Positions 1 to 12,398 of a stretch of DNA of 64,000 nucleotides are shown in pieces; position 1 is the stretch's first letter, and the number at the start of each line of letters is the position of its first letter. Origin of the DNA: Cyanophora paradoxa CCMP329 (lineage: Eukaryota > Plantae > Glaucophyta); assembly GCA_004431415.1 (NCBI GenBank), contig QPMI01000434.1, forward strand, positions 248,001-312,000, read 5' to 3'. The position numbers were made by a program, and so were the translations under genes. Below the pieces are notes generated by a model. The model had not been told where the DNA came from. It did no database searches and was given only the letters and a program-made list of their open reading frames with translations.

Positions 1-96
1 TTTGAATTCGGAAGGATTCGTAGAAATCGCACCGCGGCAACGGGGGATGGCGAACCCTTTCCAGAATTACCCGTATAAGACAAACGGCGCTCCCGA

Positions 97-850
97 TCAT
101 GAGCTGGAGACCGGCTGTCGCTTTCCAGGGCGTGCCGGTCTCGGCGAAAGAGAGCGGCGCCGGAGAGGCTCGGGCCGCGGGGGCGCCCCGCTGCGCACGC
201 GAATTCGAAAGGGGGCGGGCTGGAGCTGGCGCTGCCCGGGCTGGGTCCAAGTGCGGTCGGGGCCGAGTGCATGGAGAGTGAGCTGCAGGTGTCATCGTCG
301 TCGGCAGCTGCAGACCGGCTCTCCTCGCACTCTAGTTGGTACTGCGGGAAAGACATAGGAGGCGAGCTCTGGAGCACCTCCCTCGCACACGCCAGAGGGC
401 TCATCATCACAAAAAGCGGAGAAGCTCAGATCAGGGCTGCGCGCCCGGGCCGGCCCTCCTGGCCAACGTTCACGTTTCCAATTGCAACTTGTACGTGGCA
501 CCGTGCCGTACCGCCCGCACTCACGGCCGCGGGCGACGTCGTCAACGGCGCGGAGCTGACGAGGGCCGGGCGCGGCACTGCGGGAGGCGCAGGAGCCGCG
601 CGGCTACCAGGCTGACCGATACCGCCGTTGCAATTGCACCAGGGATCGGTTCCTCGAAATCTCACGTTGCAATCTCACGCTTGCTGCTCGCTGCGGCTGC
701 CGGCGCCGGGCTGATCGACGAACTTCGGAATACCGCGTAGTACCACGACTACAGTCGACGTCGCTTCCTGAAGAGCGTGTACTACGGTATACGTACGCGT
801 TGATTCCGTCGCCGAGTCGCTTCCTGTTCACCGCTTCGAATTCCTGCGCA
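97..850 (-). other. Possible 3' part of an unidentified spliced gene or gene remnant
   Basis: Minus-strand frame ...MSFPQYQLECEESRSAAADDDDTCSSLSMHSAP...QPVSSS* ends at ~97. No recognisable domain and no clear 5' end. Confidence 0.2.
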
Positions 851-1290
851 TGCAGGCTGCAGCTTCCTGCAGCTGCAGCCTGCAGGCTCTCAGAGTCTGC
901 AGCTGCCAGGCTCAGCGGCTGCACTGCAGCAGTGCAGCTGCCGCAGTGCGCGCGGCGGCAGCTGCATGATGGAGCCTGCATCATCCGAGTCCTGCATGGG
1001 CGCCGGCCGCCGGCGGCCCGGCGCCGCGCCGCCGCCGGCGCCGGCGCCGGCGCGCGCCGCGCGCGCGCGCGCCGCGCGCCGCGCGCGCTGCAGCTGCTGC
1101 CGGCGCCGCACTGCGGCAGGCCCGCAGTGCCAGCCTGCAGCTGCAGCCTGCGCGCGCGGCAGTGCGCGCAGCTGCATGCTGCTGCACTGCACAGTGCACA
1201 CTGGCAGCTGGCGGCGCCGGCGGCGCCGGCGCCTGGCGCGGCAGCTGCGGTCAGTGCGCCGCCGGTCACCGCCGACTCATGATCACCGGG
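851..1290. repeat. Low-complexity tract built of short palindromes (CTGCAG, CAGCTG, GCGCGC, CCGG)
   Basis: Direct reading; ORFs here are Ala/Arg/Cys low-complexity in all frames. Confidence 0.7.
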
Positions 1291-1677
1291 TGGCGCCCAA
1301 TATATTAATGCGCCGCCCAATGCATACAGCGGCCCCAGACCCATAACTCTATACCCCGGTAGGCCGGACCGGACTCCTCGACTAGTAGTACTGGGTACTA
1401 CTGGGCCAGTACTGGCCCAGTGCCCCGTCCAGTGGCCATGGGGCCGCAGCGCTTATTATTAAGCGTGGTACCCGCCGCTACTACCGGTACCCGGCCGCGG
1501 CCGGCCCCACCGGCGCGGGCCGCCGCCGGAAAATTTGAAAGTTTCTTTAATATATCATATATATGGAACTTCGGAGGCCGCGCCGCGCCGCGGCGCTGGC
1601 GCCGCCGCCGCGGCCCTCGCCGAGTCGGCCTGCAGCTGAGGGCCTGTCACCAGTGTACCGGTATGCCGTCGGACGAT

Positions 1678-3909
1678 CTATAGAGAGAGGAGGGACGGGG
1701 GGAGATCCTGGCGGAGGGGGATGCCAGCTCGTGCACCGGGCTTGAGGCACTTCTGCCCCGCGACGAACGAGCCGAGGGCCATCACCTGTGCACGCACACG
1801 CGCGCAGAGCCTGAGCCGCTGAGCTCGAGCCTGAGCGCAACCGGGTACCCGTGACCCCATCTGATTTCTAGAGGGGATATATCGATAGGGGCATCCCGGG
1901 CCTGAGCGGAAGCTTGAGCGCGCCTTGGCGGGGTGGAAGCCGTGGAGGAGGCCGAAGATGAAGGCCCCGATGTACGCGTCCCCGCACCTGCCCGGCCATA
2001 GGCCTTAGCTTAGGGCCCCACTCGAAGCTCATCAAGTGCGGACCCCGTCGTGTCGACCACAGGTCCCTGCGCGGCGCGGCTCGATTGCGGCGCATGGGGC
2101 GTGGGCATGCTATGCAATGAAGGGGCGGGGGCGTGCCTTGAGAGGCCACACGGGGCACTCGATCAGTCCGAAGGGCAGGTGCGTCCCGTCCGTGGGGCAC
2201 GCGTACATGCGCCCGCGGGCCTGCGCGCGGGCCGCTGATCGTGAGCACGGCAGTGCGGGACGGCAGCGCGGGCGGGGCGGCCGGGCCTGGAGCGGGGAGG
2301 CGGAGGGGGCGGAAGCCACGAGCGACTCCAGGGCGGCCTGGTCCCGTACCCCCGGCCACCAGTTCCCCTCCGGGTCTGCCCCCACCGGCCCGTTAAGAGG
2401 GGAAGGGGTTAGGGAGGGGTACCACGCACCTGGCGTGGTGGCGGGCGTAGTGGCGGGCTTCTCGGCCGGGGGCGTCGACGGCCTGCGGGGCCGGCGGTCT
2501 GCGGCTGCCGCGGCGCGGGCTCGAGCGGCGCGGCCGCTTCGAGGCTTCTATGAACGAGCGAGTTGAACGCCGCTCTTATACGCTTTCCCATAAGGCCCCA
2601 CGCACGCGCGAATCATCATCGTGGAGCCCTGCGCGGCGCCATGAGCGGCGGGGAGGGAAGGGGGCGCGGGCCCGGGGGGGCACCTCGGAGCCGCGGGTGG
2701 TGACGAGTACGCGCACGCGGCCGCACATATGCATCAGCGCGTGCATCGCCGCCTGCGCCGGCGGCTCGCTCGCCGGCGAAGGGGCGGAGCGGCGGCGGGG
2801 CGGGGCGGGGCGGGGCGGAGGGGCGCGCCTCGAGGGGGGCGTCGGCCAGGCCCGTCATCTCGTGCGGGAAGGTCGAGCTCTGAGGAGGGAAGGGGGAGGG
2901 AGGGGGCGACAGAGGGGAGCCTCAGTGCTGCCCCCCCCCCCCCCCCCCCCGGGGGGAGGGTACGGGAATGAGAACGGACGGTGACGATGTAGTCGGCGTG
3001 GGTGAGGAGGAGGGCGAGGAGGGGGCGGTCCTTCTCGGCGTCCACGACGACGGGCACGCCGCGCTCGTTTGCCCACTGCGCGAGCTGTACCGCCGCCGCC
3101 GTGTGCCGCCCGTCGAGGTGCAGCACGTCCGCCCCGTCCAGGATGCTGCGGTGTTTCTCACAGGCTCAGACAGTGAGTGAGTGGGGCAGCTGGTTCGGAA
3201 CAGCGGGCCTGGGGCTCAGCTCCGAGGCGAAGTACTCCTGTGGGGCGCAGGTCAGTCCCTTCGGCTGCGCGGGGGCGAAGCGGGGGCGGCGGGCCTCGGT
3301 GGGGGTGTGAAGGCATGTGCGCGTGAGCGTCTTCTGGTCCACGATCACATACGTGAACGCCGCCGGGATAGTCTGTGCGCGTCCGCCGCGGCCGGCCCCA
3401 TCAGCGCGCGCGCACTGAAGGATCGGAGCGGCTCAGCGGGCCCGGTCCGGCGCGCCTCCTTTACGACAACAAGGCTCGTGTCGATCCCTTCGTTCACCAT
3501 CAGCTGCAGCGTCTCCTGCCCGATCGCGCCGCCGCCGAGCTTCGTCACCATCTTGCACTTGCCGACTCCGAGGCGCTGCGGTCCATTCGTCAGCGTGCGG
3601 CAGCCGGCGAAGGCGCCGATCCGTCCGACCTTGAGCGCTGTGAGCGTGTTCCCGCAGTTGCCGCCTCCCTGCGCGCGCAGCTGCGGTGGGCCACGCGCGG
3701 CGTTGCGGCGGACGGCGCCAGATAGGGCACCTGCGTCTCAAAGCTTTCTGTCCTGATTTTGGCGTCCGGCTTTGGGTACTGCGCCACAGCGGCCACGTAC
3801 TGGGCGGAGCAGTCAAAGTGCGCAGCGGCAGGTGCAGGGCGGGTCGCAGCCTAGCAAAACGCACGTCGAGGATGCTGGCGCCAAACCCGACGACCGTCTT
3901 GCCGGCCAT
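1678..3909 (-). CDS. PfkB/ribokinase-family carbohydrate kinase (multi-exon)
   Basis: Spliced peptides MAGKTVVGFGASILD, GGNCGNT, FTYVIVDQKTLTRTCLHTP, LHLDGRH...VVVDAEK, VTTRGSEG, and the C-terminal PfkB signature VVDTTG|AGDAYIGAFIFGLL; stop at 1678. Confidence 0.9.
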
Positions 3910-4085
3910 TTCGATAGCCAAAGATCCGCGCGCTCAGTTCTAGCGCACCGATGATGCCGCTCACAGACTCCCCGCGCACTGTTCTTGCGCTGGCGCTGGT
4001 TTCGTTCCTGCGGTCCCGCGGACAGTGCGCGGGACTGTGCGGCGTGTGTGCGGCGGTGTGCGCCGACTTGGGGGTAGAAGTTCAA

Positions 4086-5577
4086 ATGCGCTCCACCTTC
4101 GTCTGCCTCGGCCCCTTCACACCCATCACAGGGCAAAAACGGAGGCAAAACCCATCACAGACGGAGCGCGCACGAATGCGGCCGACGCCGGCTCTGCCGC
4201 AGAGCTGTGCGGCGAGCAGCCTCGCACGACAAGCCGCGGTCCAACTCTGCCTGCTCCGCTGTCCCTTGGATCCGATTCGAGCCTTTCGAAGACATCATGC
4301 ATGTCAGTTTCAAGTCCACGTACGCTTCGGTGCGACGTGGCGCGTTCGCCCTGCTTGCAGATGGCGACGCTGAGGCCGCCAAAGCAGGAGCAAGCGCCGC
4401 AGCGCAGGCCAGCGTCTTCGAAGGAGAGAGGCCGCGCGCTCATCCGGCACCGCCAGAGCTCTGCCGCATCTTCGAAGATGCCGCTGCACGTCCTGGCGAT
4501 CCGCTGCAGCCTCCGATCGGCGGGCGGCTTGTGTGGTGCTCGTTCCACATACAGCCCCGGCCCTCGCCTCTGCCCAGCTAAACGCCCGCTGCACTGCGGC
4601 AGGTACCGCGGCAACCCAAAGGCGCCCTTGATGGTGCGGCCGGGCGGCGGCCCTGCAGCTGCGGACGTGCTGCCTCTCCTTCTGACGGTCTGGGGGGCCG
4701 TCAGGTGGTCGGAGAAGGGCCGGGCGCGGACGAAGATAGGCTTGGATACCCCTTCGTGGGGCGTGCGGGGCAGCTGCTTGACCGCATCCTGGAATCAGTG
4801 GACATAGACCCTCTTGATGACGTCTACATCACGAACGTGCGTACCCCCCTCCCTCCCGGCCTGCGCCTTCCCTTTGTCGGAGCAGCCCCGCCGAGCTCGC
4901 CGCCGGCGCACCTCTCGCAGGTGGTCAAGCGGCGGTGGGCCGCCCTTTCCTAGGCCCCACCGGCCCGCCGCGGCGCCCCCTGACCCACCAGGAGGGGCCC
5001 GCCAGGCCCCCAAACAACCGCACGCCAACCGACCTCGAGGTCGCATGGGTACGCCATTGTCAGAAGAAAAGCCGACCCCGCCGGCCTCCGCGGGGCGCGG
5101 GGGCGAGGTGGGGGCCCGGGGCGGCGCAGCACCTGCCGACGCTGCTGGCCGAGATCGACGCGCTGCGGCCCCGCGTCATCGTCCTCGCCGTGCGCGCCCT
5201 ACACGTGCCCCCTCCCGCCCTGCATCTCGGCCGGGGGCGCCGGCCGAGCTCGCCCAGGGCACCGTGGCGATGCGGGCGGTGCTCGGCGAGCGCCGCGGCA
5301 TCACGGCGGCGCGGGGCCACTGGGCCGAGCGCCACGGCGCGCACGTCGTCCCCATCTTTCACCCTTCGTGCCCGCCCCCCGCCCCGCCCCCGCGCCCCGC
5401 CCCCGCGCCCCTCCAATCCGGCCTCCGCTGACTCCTGCGCCCCGCGGCAGGTACCTCCTCCGGAACCCGCAGCGGGAGAAGGGTACACCCAAATACCTGA
5501 CGTGGTGTGACATGCGAGAGGTCAAGCGGCGCCTCGGGGCGGCCCCCGCGGAGGCCGGCGGCGCGCCCGCAGCCTAG
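4086..5577 (+). CDS. Uracil-DNA glycosylase family 4 (bacterial UdgA type) with putative plastid transit peptide
   Basis: GNPKAPLM|[34 protein letters not shown]|VVKRR|PPNNRTP, IFHPS|[21 protein letters not shown]; the N-terminus MRSTFV... is a basic, non-catalytic extension. Confidence 0.9.
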
Positions 5578-5808
5578 CGCGCGGGAAGCGACCTCGAACA
5601 CTCAGTGATTGTCGGTCGTTCTGTTCAATTGAAAAAGGTGACAGAAGATCCACGACAGGATCAGAGAAGCGTCGGCTGGGAAGCGAGGGGGAGGGGTTGA
5701 CTGGGAAGTGGCGCAATGGAGGGCTGGAAAAAAACGGGGGGGAGGAGGGGCGATCGGGGGACGAGGGCGCGTGCGAGGGCGCAGACGGGAAGGGAGGGGC
5801 CGTGGGCG

Positions 5809-6877
5809 TCATCGCCGGGACGGCGGGAGGGAGGTCGGACGGACGCGAGGGGAGGAGGTCGTGCGGCACGAGTCGCAGCCGGCGTCGCCCTCTTTCGAGA
5901 GCCGCCCGCCCGTCGGCACCGCGTTGTTGCGCGCGCCCTGCGCGCCCTTGTTGACGGAGCAGACGCTTCCGTCGCAGTCGCGTATTCTCCACCGCTCCGC
6001 CATGCCTGCACGAAGTGCGCGGTCAGCGCACCGCCGTTCGGACATTGTACGAAGAGGAGCGCGTACCGACGCACGGCACCGCGGGCTTGCCGACCTTGCG
6101 ATTCACTTCATTATGCACCTGCATGCCCGAGCGAATGAGCGCACTCCGGCGTGCACCGGGATAGTCCGCGCACCTCGCAGACCCACGTGCTCAGATCCTC
6201 ACGAGATTCCAGGCGCGGGGGATGCCGCTGCACGATCTGCTGAAAGTCCTTCCGACATTCCGCACACGGATACACCTCCGTGAACGAGAGTAAGAACGTG
6301 CGCATCGCCCTGCGGCCGAATCAGCGGTCGGTCGAGGTGCGTGCGGCGGACCGGCGAACCGCTTGTCTTGCTCTGTCGGCTGCCGCGGATACGATGCGGC
6401 CGCTGTGTGCAAGAGCGTCCATCCAGCACGCCCAATTTCGTCTCTTGTGGGCCTTGGCGGCGCCCGCGGCCGTCGCCGGAAGAACGAGAGTTGGAAAGAC
6501 AGGTGCGGGACAGAAGCGGAGCAGAGGAGGCGGCGAGGGCCGGGGGTGGAGCGAGGAGATGCGAGAGCGCCTTCAAGCTCTCCCTTCGGGGCGGTGCGCT
6601 GCTGGAAGACGAACCGCTGCAGATTCTTCTGGAAAGGACCGCTGCTCCGCCGCTGCACGCCCCGCTCGAATACAGCGTCCCCGAGCGCGTCGGAAGCCGG
6701 AGCTGCGTCCGCTCTGCACGTGATGATCGCCCTCACGCGGCCGAGCAGGCTAGACGGGTCCGCCCAGATCCGAGCCGCCCCAAAGTCGCGGGCAAAACCC
6801 ATCACAGACGGAGCGCGCACGATCGCGCGCTGCTGTTTCCGCTTCTCCGGGTCGGTGATTGGGAGCCACGCCCGCAT
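5809..6877 (-). CDS. ERV1: Erv1/ALR FAD-dependent sulfhydryl oxidase
   Basis: DEIGRAGWTLLHTAAASYP, YPCAECRKDF (CxxC), WVCE|MHNEVNRKVGKP, C-terminal CDGSVC/CDSC; start codon uncertain. Confidence 0.85.
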
Positions 6878-7508
6878 CTCATCAAGGTCAAGTGTACCCC
6901 CGACCAGGCACTATGTGTGGTACCCCGGGACCGCAGGCGTCACTAAGTGATGAGGCGTGCGCATGCAGGCCTGGGCGCGTGCAGGCCTAGGCGCAGGCGC
7001 CACGCGCACTAGTACTCCGGTTTGACAGAACTAAGTTCGATCAACCCGGGTGACCGCCGCTGACCGGTCCCTACCAGGCTGCAGCGCTAGCTGCATGCGG
7101 GCCGGGGCCCCGCCGGCGCCGGGCCGCCGGGCCGATCGCGAGCCTCCGGAGCGACTCGGCGAGCTCGAGCGCGGACCGTCGGATCCGGACCGTGACCCCT
7201 GCGCATGCTGCATATGCATGCCCATGCATATGACCCTTGTATACTGGATGTCGTTAACGTTATCTACATTTGGGGCTCTCAGTTACACTCGCACAGGGCC
7301 AACCCCCCTCAGGGCCTGGCGGATGGCGCCGGATGCCCTGCGCATGCGGCCGGCCGGCGCCGGCGCCTAGCTATAGCTATATAGCCGCCTCGGCCGCGGC
7401 CGACGTCGACATGCATATGCGCATGGCGCGCATGCGCGCGCGCGTGCCGCGCCGGGTGGCGGCCTGGGTCCCGACGCGACCGTCGCGATCGAGCCGCGGG
7501 GCCGGGGC

Positions 7509-10500
7509 CTACTCCTCGCCGACGAGGACGCCTGCCTGGGCCATGGCGCGCTCCCGCTTGGCGCCCGGCCCGGGACCCTCCTCCACCCTCACCTGCCTCC
7601 AAGAGTCAGGTGCGCGGACCAAGATCGGGGCCGGCTGCTCTAGATCTTGAATTGGGCGCATGGAGCGCACGCGACGGCCCTCGGCTGCGCTGCGCTGGAG
7701 TGCCTGCGCATGCCCGGGTCACTGAGTACTGCTGCGGCCGCGGCCGCGGGGCCGGGGCGAGGGGCGCCGATCGCGACGGGGGGTACGCGAGCCTGGGAGA
7801 GCTCCTCGCGGATAACTGCCCGCAGCGCCTCCCGAAGCGCCGCCGCCTGCTCAGACCCCGGGGCGGGGGCGGCGGCCGGGGCCGGGGCCGGGGCGGCAGC
7901 CGGGGCGGCCGGAGGCGGCGAGGGGGAGCGGGCGCGCGGGGCGCGGGAGGCGCGGCCGGAGGCCTGAAGGATGGCGCGCCGCACGTGGGGCCGCTGCGCA
8001 GCGCGCCCCAGCGTCGGCCGCGGGGCGGCGGTCGGGCTCTGCCGGGGCGGGGCGGGGCGGCGCGCCTGGATCTTGAGCTGGGGCGCCCCGTCGGCGTCGC
8101 CGTGCGTGGGCCGCCGCGCGCCGCCGCGCGTGGAGGGCGGCCTGCGGGGCAGCGCCGGCCGCCGGCTCGGCCCACGGCCAGCCAGGCGAGGATCCCGCAG
8201 GGGGCGGGGCGGGGCGGGCGCACGCGGACGCGTTCGGCGGCGACGATGGCGGCGAGGAGCGGCGAGAGGAGCAGGCTCATCGCGATCACCTGCCGCCCCG
8301 CCCCGCCCCGCATCGCCGTCAGCTCCCGGGCCCGCTCCCTTCCCTCTTCCTCTTCCCCCGAGCTCCCCCGGGCGGACCTCGACGCGGGCGGCGGTCTCCT
8401 TGGGGAGGTAGAAGGTGAGGGGGTACAGCACGCCCCGCGCGAGGTTGAAGGGCGGCTGGAAGACGAAGCCCTGCGGGGCGGCGCGGCTCAGCGCGCGGCC
8501 TCGAGGCGGGGCGGCGGGGGGGGGGGGGGGGGGGGGGGGGGCGGGCCCGCTCGCGCTTGAAGTACTCGACGACGCGGAGGGCGTACGAGTGGAGGAACAT
8601 GCGGCTCGAGTCCTGCGAGATCACCATGTACCTGCGCCGCCCCGGGGCGTCAGCTGCAGGCCCGCCCGCCCTCCCGCACCCCGCCCCGGCCCCGGCCCCG
8701 GCCCCACGTGTCGTTCAGCTGAGGGGGCTCGCGATCAGGAAGGCCCCCGTATCGGATGGGACCGGATCGGATGGGACCTGGGCGATGAGGAGGTTGAGGA
8801 GGAGGACGAGGGCGACGACGAGGTAGAGGTCCATCAGCAGCGGCCCGAACAGCGGGTGGAAGCGCGCCGCCTGCCGCCCCGAGTCGGCCCAGGTGGCTAG
8901 CTAGCTCGAGGGCGCGCTGAGCTCGCGGGGCGATGCATGCGCACCTGGCCGAACGACGAGGGGTCAGATCGGAGGGCGCCGCAGAGAAGGGCGAAGGGAG
9001 AATCGCGGTGAGAGGGGCCTCACCTTGTCGAACTCGGTCTCCTTGAACCAGGCTAGAGGGGGCGGGGGGGGCCCCCCGGGTCAGGCGAGCGGGCGCACGC
9101 GCGGTTGAGGAGGGCGACGAGGAGGGAGAGGAGGACGACGAGGGCCAGCACCCCGAAGCTGCCACCCAGCCGGCCCCTCGCCCACCTCAGCGAAGCGATG
9201 ATCGAGAGGGCCGCCGGGCGGGGGCGGGGGCGGGGGCGGGACGTGGCGCACGCGGCGGCGAGGAGGCGGCCGAAGAACGGGTTCGCGGCCTCCGCCTCCT
9301 CAAAAAATGGAGCCTCCGCCGTGAGCGCTTTCCGGCGTTCAACGCCCCCCGCCACCCACGCCTAGGGCTCGCCGCGCTAGCTAGGGCTGGAGCGCCGGCC
9401 GGGAGCCCGGCGCCCGGGGCCTAGCTACATCTCTGGGAGAGCGCCGCGGGGCCGGCGCACCGCGGAAGAGCATGGAGAAGATCTCGAGGTAGCTCGCGTG
9501 CCCCACCTGCCCGGAGCGTGTCGGGGCCCTCTTGGCGGAGCTCGAGGCAAGGGCGGGGAGGGGTCCGGCACGGTGGAGGCGGTCGACTGGTAGAGCGAGT
9601 GGAACCTGCCCGCGGGGCGGCGGCTCGGCCCGGGGGGCTATCCAAGCGGGGGAGGCGGGGGCGGGGCGCGGCGTACGCCTGGGTGAACCCCATGAGGACC
9701 TGCGGGGGAGCAGCAGGGGCGTGAGCGGAGGAGGGCCGGGGGGCGGGTGCGGGGGCGGGTGCGGGGGCGGGGGGGCACGAGGGCCATGATGGAGAAGAAC
9801 AGGGCGGCGTCGCGGATCATGTGGCGCAGGATCACCAGCAGCGCCCCGAAGAACTGCCCCGGCGCTGGGGCGCGCGGGGCGGGGCGGGGCTGGGGCCGGG
9901 GCCGGGGCCGGGGCCGGGGACCTCGACGTTGGAGAGGACGTTGAGGACGCGCATCCACAGCACCACCGCGTTCACCGCCAGCACGTCGAACGACCTGCCG
10001 GTCTTTGTTCGTTAGGTTTTGTTAGGTTTGCGGGGCGGGGCGGGCGCGCAGGTCCATGAGGCGCTCCCGCTCGGCCGGCTCGGAGGCGGCCAGGGAGGCC
10101 ACCCGCAGGCAGAACGCCCCCGCGAAGACCTGCACCGCCCCGCTCGGGTAAGGGGGTAGGGGGTGGAAGCGGGGGGGGGGAAGGAGAGGGGGGTAGGCCG
10201 CGCCGCGTAGGTGACGATCTCGAACCAGTTCCAGAGGGAGAGGAAGTACATGCCCGGCCGCCGGATCGCCTGCGGGGGGCGGGGCGCCCTGTCAGCTGGG
10301 TGGGCGCGGGCTCGGTGGCCGGGGGGGCCGGGGAGGGGGCGGGGGCCGCACCGTGGCGCCGTCGTCGAGGACGTAGGCGAGCACGAAGAGGTACATGCAC
10401 ACCTGCCCGCCACGCCTGAGGCGGCGCGTGCAGGTGCGCGGTACCCCCCGGGGCCGGGGCGGGGCGGGGCGCGCCTCCTGGCCCGTGAGGGGCATCGAGC

Positions 10501-12237
10501 GGGAGTTGATGACTGCGGGGGCGTGTGAGGGGGTCGGGGGGGCGGCGGGGCGCGAGGGGCGGGCCCCAGGTGTAGAGGAGAATGAACGAGAGGAGGATGC
10601 CGGTCTCGATGAAGTACTGGTACTGGGGCACCCGCAGCAGCGAGAGGTCCAGTGCGCCCAGCGCCCGGTGCACCTGGCCCCGCACCCCCGGCCCTCGGCG
10701 CCCCGCCGGCGAGGCTCCAGAGCAGGCGGTCCCCCGGGCGGGGCGGGGCGGTGCGGGGCGGGGGCGCGCCAGCTGGGCGTCCTTCTCGGAGGCCATGAGG
10801 ACGTGCCCGTGCCACATCTCCTTGATGCACGCCTCCACCCGCGGGTCCGCCCTGCGCCCCGCGTTGGGCGGCGCGAGCCTGAGCGCCAGGATCGACTCGA
10901 GAGGGGCGAACACGATGTCGAGGAGGCCCAGGAGGACGACCTGAGGGGGCGGCGCGTGACCCGCGGGCAGCCGCCGGCAGTTGCGGGATGCGTGAGAACG
11001 AGGAGCGGCGCGCCTGCTCGATGGCGGAGGAGGAGCGCTCGCCCGCGTCGTACCGGTACGTCCGCACCAGCACCCGCGAGCACAGGTCCACCAGGCTGCC
11101 GCCCGGCGCCGGCCAGGCCGCGCGCCGGGCATGGTTAGGCCGACGGAAGCGCGGAGGCGAGGCGGGCGGCGCGGCGGGCACTCGTAGTCGTCCATGAGGC
11201 GAAGGGCCAGCAGCTCTGCGGCGCGGCTCGCGCCGAGGAGAAAGCGCAGAGCACGGCGCAGCGGGGCGGGGCGGGGCGGACCGCAGGCGCGTGCGCGGGC
11301 GTGCCAGACTAGGCGCAGGACGTGCTCCTGGACAGGGGTCGCACGCAGGGCGCCGGAGGGTCGGACGGGGACGCAGGGGGAGGGACCTGGGACTCCTTCT
11401 CGTGGCACTGCGAGCACGCCAGCAGCGAGGCGAAGACCTGCTCCCCGCGCGCCGGCCCCGCGCGGCGTCGCGCCTCGCGGAGCGTGCGCAGGCGGGCGGG
11501 CGCACGGATCGCTTGCCGAAGCGCTTGCCCTGCAGAGGGTGCGTCGGAGTTGCCGGCGCGCGCGCCCGAGAGCGCGCCCGAGAGCGCGGCGCGGGCGGCG
11601 GGCCGGGCACCTTGACAGCGCCGACGATGTCGTGGAAGGCGGGCAGACGCTCGAAGTGGGCGCGCCGAAGGTCCAGAGGCTCCACTATCTTCGCCACGCA
11701 CATCTTGAGGATGAACTCCGCCTCCGCGGTCACGTCCTCCGGCGCGAGGAGCGGATCGGACTCTTTCTGCGGAAGGACTCAGGGACAGGTGTATCTTCCT
11801 TTAAGCACGCCAACGGCGGCTCGCCTGGGCCGGCGTGAGCGCTGAATCCAGCTCCTCGGCATGCACGACGTCGTGAATTCGCTCGGAGGCGACCGCCGCG
11901 GCAGCAGAGGCTGCTTCAGAGATTCTGCATTGGTAATTAATTCCTGCAGCGGCCGTGGCAAGAGCGGCGTTGCGAGCGCGCACGCTGTGGCCGCGCTTTT
12001 GATGCTCATCCTCCGCGAGCGCACTCGCGGGCCGTGAACAGAGCTCGAGGGGCTCGAAGCCGCCGCTTCATCAGTGCTGCGCGCTTCAGTACTCACGCTC
12101 GCGCGGCGCGTGCCAGGAGATTCAGCGGAGGAGCTCGAGCGGTCAGCGCTGAGAAGCTGCTTGCGACCGCGCTCAGCGGCCGCTTCCGCATCACGCGAGT
12201 CGTGCGCGGCCTGCGCCGGACTGGGCTGCGCATGCAT
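7509..12237 (-). CDS. TRP-type cation channel (TRPY/Yvc1-like), many exons, alternative pore cassettes
   Basis: LLRVPQYQYFIE, FLSLWNWFEIV (S3), VLWMRVLNVL (S4), FFGALLVILRHMIRDAALFF (S4-S5), LLLNLLIAQLNDTY (S6), FQPPFNL; gene ends approximate. Confidence 0.8.
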
Positions 12238-12398
12238 TGCCGCTGAAATTTGCGGCGAGAGGGGTACAGCTATACCAAAACGCCGGCCTGGAAACAGTTC
12301 CTAGAGCGCCAACGATGCGTTCAATGCCACTTAGCTAGCATGGAAATATGTAGGGCGGCCACAGCCGTAGCCGTAAGCGCGGAGTAGGTCGCGCAGCC

